This document shows positions 9,407 through 17,175 of a DNA stretch of 40,922 nt, in pieces. The number at the start of each line of letters is the position of its first letter. Within the stretch, counting starts at the first letter, position 1. The stretch is from an uncultured Terracidiphilus sp. (GTDB lineage Bacteria; Acidobacteriota; Terriglobia; Terriglobales; Acidobacteriaceae): assembly GCA_964458965.1 (NCBI GenBank), contig CAYWMR010000001.1, positions 1 through 40,922 of the forward strand, read 5' to 3'. A program made the position numbers and the translations under genes. The notes under the pieces are model-generated. The model ran no database searches and was not told the DNA's origin. It saw nothing but the letters and a program-made list of their open reading frames with translations.

Positions 9407-9503
9407 TGGGACCCTCCGCAGACGATAGAGAAACTATACCGCGAATGTTGGACGCGGGAAATGGGAATTTGCGGCTGTGCCGCGCGCTACACTGGACTCA
9501 ATC

Positions 9504-10088
9504 ATGGTTTTCGTCCTCGACAGCTACGACTCGTTCACTTACAACCTGGTCCAGTATCTGGGCGAACTGGGCGCGGACGTCGAGGTGTATCGCAACGACG
9601 AGCTGACGGTGGAGCAGGTTGAGGCGCTGAAGCCCGACCGGATTCTGCTTTCACCCGGGCCGTGCACGCCGCGCGAGGCGGGCATCCTGGTGCCGCTGAT
9701 TCGGCACATGGCCGGCAAGGTTCCAATTCTGGGAGTTTGTTTAGGGCACCAGGCCATTGGCGAGGCGTTTGGCGGCCAGGTGGTGCGCGCGCGGCAACTG
9801 ATGCACGGCAAAACCAGCCCGGTGGATCACGACGGCAAGGGCATCTTCGCCGGCTTACCCACACCGCTGACCTGCACCCGCTACCACTCGCTGATTGTGG
9901 AGGAGGAATCGCTGCCTGCCGAGTTGGCCGTGACGGCGCGGACGCCTACCAATGGGGGTGGGCCGGCTGGGTCAGTGATTATGGGCCTGCGGCACCGGAC
10001 GCTGCCCATTGAGGGCGTGCAGTTCCATCCCGAGAGCGTGCTTACCGAAGGCGGACACCAGATGATCCGCAACTTTCTTGCTATGTAG
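9504..10088 (+). CDS. trpG: Anthranilate/aminodeoxychorismate synthase component II (glutamine amidotransferase)
   Basis: [40 protein letters not shown]. It could equally serve as PabA. Confidence 0.93.
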   Translation: MVFVLDSYDSFTYNLVQYLGELGADVEVYRNDELTVEQVEALKPDRILLSPGPCTPREAGILVPLIRHMAGKVPILGVCLGHQAIGEAFGGQVVRARQLMHGKTSPVDHDGKGIFAGLPTPLTCTRYHSLIVEEESLPAELAVTARTPTNGGGPAGSVIMGLRHRTLPIEGVQFHPESVLTEGGHQMIRNFLAM

Positions 10089-10093
10089 ATGGG

Positions 10094-11074
10094 ATGCGAG
10101 TGCCGATGCAAGCCTGGATGAGCCGCGCGACTGTGGTGGGATTTGTTGCTCTGATGGCGGCTTTGGGCGCGACTCCATTTCTGTGCGCGCAAGACTCGCA
10201 GGCAGCTCAGCCGGCTCCGGCTGCTGAAACTCCGTTGGCAGATTTGGGCCCCATTGCAATCGTCGCGCTCGACAGCAGGAACTCCGATGCCGGCGCAAAG
10301 GTTACCGGCGCGCTTGAAGTTTCGCAAGGCAAGGCGATTATCGGCTCCAGCGGCTCGGTTAGCTCAGGCGCGGCCACAACCAAGGTGATTCTGCCGCATC
10401 GCGGAGTGCTGCGCGTGTGCGCTTCCACTACGGTGCAACTGGCCGCCGACACCAGCGTACCCGTGGGCGAAACTCCCGGCCTGCTGATGGCAATTGACCA
10501 CGGGGCGATTGAGGCCAGCTTCGCCACGGGCAGCAACGCGGACATTCTGATGACGCCGAATTTCCGCATTCTGATTGGCGGCCCGGGCGCGGCGGAGGTA
10601 AAGGTGCGCCTCGGCCAGCATGGCGACACCTGCGTGGACAATGCCGGAGTGAACGCGCCGTATGTACTGGTTTCAAGCGTGTTCGACGGCGGAGATTACC
10701 ATGTGCAGGCGGGGCAGCGGGTAATGTTTCAGCACGGCAGCCTGCACGAGGTTGTAGACCAGGAACAGGAGCCTTGCGGATGCCCGCCGGATGCGCCTGT
10801 GGGGAATGAATTTCCGCTGGCGCAGAGCGAGGGGCTTGCGCCACTGGCGGCGCCCGCCGGCAGCGCCGGAGATCGAAGCGGCTCGAATCAGCAGATTGAG
10901 CCGCTGGTTTACAAGGGCGCGGACCACGCCGCCAAGCCTGCCGCGACGCCGGTTGAAGCGCCTGCGGCTGCGACTGGGGCAGGTGCGCCTGCGAACTCGC
11001 CTGCACCGCAAAAGAAGCCCGGGTTCTTTACCCGGGTTGGGCATTTTTTCCGGCGGATTTTTGGGGCGGAGTAA
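10094..11074 (+). CDS. Secreted hypothetical protein with beta-rich core, Pro/Ala linker and amphipathic C-terminal tail
   Basis: Signal peptide; Cys-containing core; ends KKPGFFTRVGHFFRRIFGAE; starts 5 nt after trpG. Confidence 0.75.
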   Translation: MRVPMQAWMSRATVVGFVALMAALGATPFLCAQDSQAAQPAPAAETPLADLGPIAIVALDSRNSDAGAKVTGALEVSQGKAIIGSSGSVSSGAATTKVILPHRGVLRVCASTTVQLAADTSVPVGETPGLLMAIDHGAIEASFATGSNADILMTPNFRILIGGPGAAEVKVRLGQHGDTCVDNAGVNAPYVLVSSVFDGGDYHVQAGQRVMFQHGSLHEVVDQEQEPCGCPPDAPVGNEFPLAQSEGLAPLAAPAGSAGDRSGSNQQIEPLVYKGADHAAKPAATPVEAPAAATGAGAPANSPAPQKKPGFFTRVGHFFRRIFGAE

Positions 11075-11107
11075 GATTCGAGGAACCGCGAGGCGACCGT
11101 TGCCGTA

Positions 11108-11605
11108 ATGAACCAAACTGGCGTCGGTCCTATAGACGCGCCGGCAGAGGTTCTTATGACGGTACAGAACGGCGGAAAGGCCAGATCGGCAGCCACAGGA
11201 GCGCCAGACAACCAGCCCATTGCGTGGTGGCTTCGCGTAATCGTGATTTTGGGCTCGCTGCTCACTGCGATGGGGGCGGTCATCGCTCTGGTTCAACCGG
11301 CGATGCTTGTTTCTCCGCACGACGAGATCAACGGAGCGGTGCGCATCTTTGCGGGATACCTGTTTGCACGCAATCTGGCGATCGCATTGATGCTCATGGC
11401 GCTGCTGGTCCTGGAAGCCAGGCGCGCGCTCGCCAACCTGATGGTCCTGGTTGGACTAATTCAGTTGCTCGATGTTTGCATGGACGTGGCCGAAGGTCGG
11501 TGGATGATTGCACCGGGTGTCCTGGTTTTCGGCGTGGTCTTTCTTGTGGGGGCGGCACGGCTTTCGACTTATCCGTTCTGGAGGCGTCAGGCCTGGATGG
11601 GATGA
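11108..11605 (+). CDS. Four-TM membrane protein (DUF4267-like)
   Basis: Four hydrophobic segments; YLFARNLAIAL and IQLLD motifs. The start may be 11156. Confidence 0.7.
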   Translation: MNQTGVGPIDAPAEVLMTVQNGGKARSAATGAPDNQPIAWWLRVIVILGSLLTAMGAVIALVQPAMLVSPHDEINGAVRIFAGYLFARNLAIALMLMALLVLEARRALANLMVLVGLIQLLDVCMDVAEGRWMIAPGVLVFGVVFLVGAARLSTYPFWRRQAWMG

Positions 11606-11650
11606 CGAATTCACAAGCCGAACACCTGCTGAATTCACTTCTATGCAGAC

Positions 11651-13207
11651 CTACAGCCCCCGCGCCCGCTCAATCGCCCGAATCACCGCCTGCGCCTTAT
11701 TGATCGACTCCTGATACTCAAGCTCAGGCACAGAGTCAGCCACGATCCCCGCGCCAGCCTGCAAATAGCCCTTGCCGCCGATGGCCAGCATTGATCGAAT
11801 CGCAATGCACGAGTCAAGGTTGCCGCTGAAGTCGGCGTAGAGAACCGCTCCGCCATAAGTGCCGCGGCGGGCTGGCTCCAGTTCTTCAATGATCTCCATG
11901 GCCCGCACCTTGGGGGCGCCACTTAGCGTGCCGGCGGGGAAGCAGGCGCGCAGTGCATCCACTGCTGTGAGCTCGGGCTTGAGGCGACCCTCTATGGTGC
12001 TGACAATATGCATCACGTGCGAGTAGCGCTCGATAAACATGAGCCGGTCCACCTTGACGCTGCCGAACTGGCTCACGCGGCCCACATCGTTGCGGCCCAG
12101 GTCCACGAGCATCACATGCTCGGCGCGCTCCTTTTCGTCGTGGATCATCTCGTCGGCCATCGCTTCGTCTTCTTGTTCCGTTGCGCCGCGCGGACGGGTT
12201 CCGGCGATGGGCCGGTACTCCACCTTGCCCTGATGCACGCGCACCAGCAGTTCGGGCGACGAACCCGCAAGCTCAATGGGCGGCGCGTTCAGCTTCTTCA
12301 AGGAGCGCTTTGACGTGGCTGGCGTTGCGCCCAACGCACCTTCCGGCGAGAAGCGCAGGAAGTACATATAGGGGCTGGGGTTCACGGTGCGCAGCGCGCG
12401 ATAAACCTGGAAGCTGTCCGTCTCCGGCTCAATGTCGAAGCGCTGCGAAATGACTGCTTGAAAGATATCGCCGGCTGCGATGTATTCCTTCATGCGGTCG
12501 ACTGCGGCAATGAAATCTTTCTTCGCGGTGCGGTACTTTACGCGGAGTTTGGCATTGGCTTTCTGCTTCTTGGCGCGCAATTTGGGAAGCGGCTGTGCGA
12601 GACGCTTTTCCAGCTTCGCCAGCCGCGCCACCGCTTTCGCATACGCGTCCGCCGGCTTGCCTCGCGTTACATCGGCTGTTACCACGAGCCAGATTTCCTT
12701 GCGCACATGGTCGAATGCCAGCACCTCGTCGAAGAAGAGCAGGCACGCGTCGGGAACGCCAAGTTCATCTTTGGCCAGGGAGGGCAGGCGCTCGATTTGC
12801 CGCACGGCGTCATAGGAGAAGAAGCCCACCGCGCCGGCGGTAAACGGCGGCAGCCCCGGCAGCCGCGCCGGCTTGTGCCCGCCAAGCGCGTTGCGCAGCA
12901 CGTCGAAGATGTCGCCCTCAATGCGCGAGGTCTTCTTGCCTTCGGTAATTACGATCTGACGTCCGCGCGCCACGATGCGCTTGAATGGAGCCAGGCCGAT
13001 GAAGGTGTAACGGCCCACCTGCTCGCCGTTCTCAACCGACTCCAGCAGAAAGCACTCGCGCTGGGGCCACGCGGCGCGCAGAAATGCGGAAACCGGCGTT
13101 TCAAGGTCGGCTGTGAGGACTCGGCACACAGGGACGAGAGTGTGCTCCTTCGCAAGCGCGAGAAACTCGCTGCGGCTGGGCTGGACCGATTGGGCAGATG
13201 CTTTCAC
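11651..13207 (-). CDS. trpE: Anthranilate synthase component I
   Basis: ADLETPVSAF, FLLESVE, GDIFQAVISQR, NPSPYM, SSPELLV, PIAGTRPRG, AEHVMLVDLGRND, FPAGTLSGAPK. Start placed at GTG 13207; the longer ORF-track extension overlaps the divergent GT2 gene. Confidence 0.95.
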   Translation of the reverse strand: MKASAQSVQPSRSEFLALAKEHTLVPVCRVLTADLETPVSAFLRAAWPQRECFLLESVENGEQVGRYTFIGLAPFKRIVARGRQIVITEGKKTSRIEGDIFDVLRNALGGHKPARLPGLPPFTAGAVGFFSYDAVRQIERLPSLAKDELGVPDACLLFFDEVLAFDHVRKEIWLVVTADVTRGKPADAYAKAVARLAKLEKRLAQPLPKLRAKKQKANAKLRVKYRTAKKDFIAAVDRMKEYIAAGDIFQAVISQRFDIEPETDSFQVYRALRTVNPSPYMYFLRFSPEGALGATPATSKRSLKKLNAPPIELAGSSPELLVRVHQGKVEYRPIAGTRPRGATEQEDEAMADEMIHDEKERAEHVMLVDLGRNDVGRVSQFGSVKVDRLMFIERYSHVMHIVSTIEGRLKPELTAVDALRACFPAGTLSGAPKVRAMEIIEELEPARRGTYGGAVLYADFSGNLDSCIAIRSMLAIGGKGYLQAGAGIVADSVPELEYQESINKAQAVIRAIERARGL

Positions 13208-13292
13208 TCCCCACCAGTGTAATTCGTTCAGCGGCATCAAGAGGAATGGCGGACACGGCGCTACTCCGAAGCAGCGAAATATAATATTGCGT

Positions 13293-14264
13293 ATGGCAAG
13301 CGAAGGTTCTTCGGCAACCAATCCTGTTCCATTGGTCAGCGTTTCCGTTACAGCCTTCAACTCTGAGAAATGGCTTGCCAGGGCACTCGAAAGCGCCCTG
13401 ATGCAGCGGACGAGTTTTCCCATCGAGATTGTAGTGGGCGACGATTGCTCCAGGGACGGAACCGTTGCCGTTGCCAACGCTTATCGAGAGCGGAACCCTG
13501 AGTTAATTCGAGTGCTGGAGCGAAGCGCGAACGTTGGCATGCAGCGCAACTACTATGAAACGTTCGAGCAATGCCGCGGAAAATACATTGCATGGCTGGA
13601 CGCGGACGACTATTGGACTGCGCCGGAAAAGCTGGAGATGCAGGTGCAGACGATGGAGGCCGATGCCACGGTGAGCGTGTGCGGCCACTTTGCGAGGGCA
13701 ATAACCAACGATGGAATCCTGATGGAAGCACGATACCCTTTTTTGCCCCCAGGCCGGTACGGAGCCGCGGAGATTATTCGTCATAACTTTCTGCTGTCTG
13801 CCACAATCATGTTTCGCAATGGGATTCATCGCGGACTGCCGCAATGGTTTTTCGATCTTCCCGGCCTTTCGGATTGGCCGGTGCTGGTACAGGCCGGGCT
13901 TTCGGGAGATATTGTCTTGCTCGACGCCTTAATGGCGGATTACACGTTTACCGAGGGAAGCGCCTACAACAGCAAAGGCTCGATCTATGTGGAGAATGTG
14001 GATTTGCAGTTCCTTGATGTTCTGGAAATATCCCTCCCAAGAAAATGGCGGCGGTTCGTTCGCGCAGGGAAGGGCGAGGTATACGAGAGGCTCGCCTACG
14101 ACTACAGAGAAATGGGCGACTTTGGAGCGGCGCGTGCGGCGGCGCTGAAGGCATTCCGCACGCCGGCCCTGATGGACAACATCGCCGGCAAGAGCAGGGC
14201 AATGCTCGCGACTTTGGTACGAGAGGCGCAATGGAGACTGCGTGGCCGGCGGGCACGACACTAG
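13293..14264 (+). CDS. Family 2 glycosyltransferase
   Basis: PLVSVSVTAFN, VGDDCSRDGT, GKYIAWLDADDYW (DxD motif). ATG 13293. Confidence 0.92.
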   Translation: MASEGSSATNPVPLVSVSVTAFNSEKWLARALESALMQRTSFPIEIVVGDDCSRDGTVAVANAYRERNPELIRVLERSANVGMQRNYYETFEQCRGKYIAWLDADDYWTAPEKLEMQVQTMEADATVSVCGHFARAITNDGILMEARYPFLPPGRYGAAEIIRHNFLLSATIMFRNGIHRGLPQWFFDLPGLSDWPVLVQAGLSGDIVLLDALMADYTFTEGSAYNSKGSIYVENVDLQFLDVLEISLPRKWRRFVRAGKGEVYERLAYDYREMGDFGAARAAALKAFRTPALMDNIAGKSRAMLATLVREAQWRLRGRRARH

Positions 14265-14512
14265 GAATACATCCTAAGTAACCAAAGTGAGAGGCTGTTA
14301 GTAACCCCTTTGCCGATTTTGCGTCTAATCAGACGTCCCCCCAGGCAATGTGTACGGCCCCGTCCCCGATGTGGTTCTATTTTGTACAACTTTTGTGGAT
14401 TGACAGTATGCTTGTGCTGTTCGATGCTTTGAACAAGGCTAAGAAAACCTTTTCTCCCCACATGGTTTAGCTCGTTGTTTGTGCATCATTTGTTGTTGCC
14501 CTGGTTCAAACT

Positions 14513-15937
14513 ATGACGACCTTCAAGCGGCAATTCGGCGTGGTTATTGTCGGTGGCGGCCCTGCCGGCCTTGCGGTGCTGCTTGCCGCGCACAAAGATG
14601 GAACACTGACTGAGCTGTTGCGGCAGGGACTGTTGATTGTGGAGCAAAGCTCGCATATCGGCAATGGACTTATCGGGAGCTACGCCATAACCTCGGACAG
14701 CACGGGAACCACCTTTGTGGATCCGCTGCGGGTGGGTAGCGAAGAAGCGCTGCATCGAATCCTTGAAACTCCCGTTGGCCGGAAGATCGCGGCTGCGGGG
14801 CCGAATGCTATTCCGTTAACCGAAGCCGGGGAGTTGCTGGCGTTGGTAGGGCAGGCGTTCGAAAGCATCATCTCGCGTTTCCCTGAGAGCGCGGTAATGA
14901 CCTCGACCACTGCGGAATACGCGCGATTGCAGCCCGACGGCAGTTGGCTCGTTGCCATAACGGATGCCAATGGGCACAAGCGGAGCATCGAAGCGGAGCG
15001 GGTGATACTCGCCACAGGCGCGGCCCAGCCACCGGTAAGGCTCGAGCACGAGTGGGTCGCGGGAAAGCCGTTGAAAGAGCGGTGGGGCGATCGCCTGTTG
15101 CAATCGGGCGATGTAATCGGTATTGGCGGCGCGGCACGGGTTTCCGCTCTGCTCGCGGGCAAAGCCAATCCCCGTGTGGCCATTGTGGGTGGATCAACCA
15201 GCGGCATGTCCGTGGCCTACTCGCTGCTGAATCGCGTTGAGGGCCTACAGTTTGGTGAATGTGGCGTGACCCTGTTCCACAGGCGTCCGCTGCGGGTCTA
15301 TTACACCAGTGTCGAAGAAGCTATCGCCGACGGCTACACCGAGTTTGGCCCAGACGACCTTTGCCCAATTACGAACCGCGTCTTCCGCTTTGCGGGAATG
15401 CGGCTCGATTCGCGCGAGTTGCTGATGCGGTTGTTTGGCATTGGAGGACGGCCGCCGGAGCCTCGCATGAAGCTGCATCAACTGGTGCAGGAAGACGCTG
15501 AAGCAGTTGCGTTCATCGATTCCGCCGACCTTGTGGTGGCCGCTCTCGGATACAGGCCCAACGCGCTTCGGATTCTGAACGTGGATGGCGCCGAGATACC
15601 ACTGCTTGCGCACACGGGTCCCAAGGCGCCGATGGTCGATGACAGTTGCCGAGTTATGGACAGCAGCCGCGGCCCCATTCCAGGCTTGTACGGCATTGGC
15701 CTGGCTGCGGGCTTTGTGCCGCGCGGAAAACTTGGCGGAGAGCCCAGTTTCATTGGGCAGGCGAATGGGCTATGGCTGTGGCAAAACGACGTGGGCTCCA
15801 TCATCGTGAATGCGGTTCTCAGTTCCACAGCGGGATCGCTTGCAACGCCGCGGAGTGCGCCGCAAGCCGCATTTAAACACCTGGCCGACAGCCACACAGG
15901 GCACAGAACACTACTGGCCTGTGGGACCGGAGACTAA
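14513..15937 (+). CDS. FAD/NAD(P)-dependent oxidoreductase of unknown specificity
   Basis: VVIVGGGPAG (FAD Rossmann), ILATGA, VAIVGGSTSG (second dinucleotide motif), ALGYRPN, PGLYGIG. Confidence 0.85.
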   Translation: MTTFKRQFGVVIVGGGPAGLAVLLAAHKDGTLTELLRQGLLIVEQSSHIGNGLIGSYAITSDSTGTTFVDPLRVGSEEALHRILETPVGRKIAAAGPNAIPLTEAGELLALVGQAFESIISRFPESAVMTSTTAEYARLQPDGSWLVAITDANGHKRSIEAERVILATGAAQPPVRLEHEWVAGKPLKERWGDRLLQSGDVIGIGGAARVSALLAGKANPRVAIVGGSTSGMSVAYSLLNRVEGLQFGECGVTLFHRRPLRVYYTSVEEAIADGYTEFGPDDLCPITNRVFRFAGMRLDSRELLMRLFGIGGRPPEPRMKLHQLVQEDAEAVAFIDSADLVVAALGYRPNALRILNVDGAEIPLLAHTGPKAPMVDDSCRVMDSSRGPIPGLYGIGLAAGFVPRGKLGGEPSFIGQANGLWLWQNDVGSIIVNAVLSSTAGSLATPRSAPQAAFKHLADSHTGHRTLLACGTGD

Positions 15938-15938
15938 T

Positions 15939-17123
15939 ATGCCGATACCACTTTGCAAACCCAGTCCAGCAAAGCTCAGCGAATCCGCAGCGTATCTGCG
16001 CGAGATTGAGGAACGGGCAATCCTCAGCAACTTCGGTCCCCTCAGTGTCAGCTTTGAGCAGAACCTGGTGGCAAAGATGTTTGGCGGCGAAGGCGAGTGC
16101 CTGACAGTTTGCAACGCGACCATCGGGCTGATGATCTCAATTCGGCAGGCCATCGAAAGCCGTCCCAAATCCAGGCGGCGTTATGCCCTCATGCCTTCCT
16201 TCACATTTCCTGCCGCTGCGCAGGCGGCGCAATGGAACCGGCTCATTCCGCTTTACTGCGACATCAACCCGTGGGACTGGTCGGCCGACGAAGCATCGGA
16301 GCGGCGGTTATTGGATAAGTATCGCGATGACATCGCTGTCGTCATTCCATACGCTACGTTTGGTTATGACATCGATCTCGAGAGATATGAGAGGATCCAG
16401 CGCGAGTATGGTATCCCTGTCATCGTTGACGCAGCCGCTTCGCTGGGCACCGTCAGTGAAGATGGGCGTGGATTCGGCACGGGTTTCTCAGGTGCTGTGG
16501 TCTACTCGATGCACGTTACCAAGGCCTTTTCAACCGCTGAGGGCGGCCTTATTTACAGCGCCGACCCGGAGTTGATCGGAACACTGCGCAGCATGAGCAA
16601 CTTCGGTTTCGGCGAGCAGCACAACGTCACCCTGATGGGGCTGAACGGCAAGATGAGCGAGCTCGTCGCGCTGCTTGCCAATCTGCGTCTTGAAGACATC
16701 GACGGCGTCACCGATCGGCGCTCCAGCATTATCGAGCTTTATCGCAAAGGGCTGCCCACTTTTTCGTTCCAGCCGTGTAAATCTCATCCCCAGGCGCACC
16801 AGTTTACGTCGACCCTGCTTCCCAAAGACATGGCTCCGTTCCGCGAGACGATCCGGGAAGAGATGCGCCGGCGCGGCGTGGCCTCGGCCACGTACTTCTC
16901 TCCGCACGTTGCCGAGCTAGGATACTTCCGCGATGAGGCGGCGCTTGCCTCGCTGCCGGTGACCAACGACATAGCTTCAAGAGTGCTGACGTTGCCGCTC
17001 TACGACACCATGACCGACGACGAAGTGCGCGAAGTCATCTCCGCGGTGAATGCGGCGCTTAGCGTTGCGAACACATTGAGTCTTCTGGAGACCAAGCCTA
17101 GACGGCAGGAAATCTGCGTGTGA
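15939..17123 (+). CDS. DegT/DnrJ/EryC1/StrS PLP-dependent sugar aminotransferase
   Basis: SNFGPL, NATIGL, MPSFTFPA, DAAASLG, SMHVTK (PLP lysine), GLNGKMSE, LTLPLY. Starts 1 nt after the oxidoreductase stop. Confidence 0.92.
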   Translation: MPIPLCKPSPAKLSESAAYLREIEERAILSNFGPLSVSFEQNLVAKMFGGEGECLTVCNATIGLMISIRQAIESRPKSRRRYALMPSFTFPAAAQAAQWNRLIPLYCDINPWDWSADEASERRLLDKYRDDIAVVIPYATFGYDIDLERYERIQREYGIPVIVDAAASLGTVSEDGRGFGTGFSGAVVYSMHVTKAFSTAEGGLIYSADPELIGTLRSMSNFGFGEQHNVTLMGLNGKMSELVALLANLRLEDIDGVTDRRSSIIELYRKGLPTFSFQPCKSHPQAHQFTSTLLPKDMAPFRETIREEMRRRGVASATYFSPHVAELGYFRDEAALASLPVTNDIASRVLTLPLYDTMTDDEVREVISAVNAALSVANTLSLLETKPRRQEICV

Positions 17124-17175
17124 GGCGCGAGGATCGTGCCCATCCCTGGCGGAGTGGAGTTGACCTGGGGCGCAG

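Noticed and set aside
6454-9622. Long ORFs 6454..7794 (-) and 8480..9622 (+)
   Set aside because: They lie antisense to well-supported genes (SpoIIE phosphatase, secreted protein) and show no domain signal.
13113-13477. Apparent head-to-head overlap of trpE (608 aa) and GT2 (383 aa)
   Set aside because: This is an artefact of longest-ORF calling; family-like sequence begins near GTG 13207 and ATG 13293, leaving a normal divergent gap.
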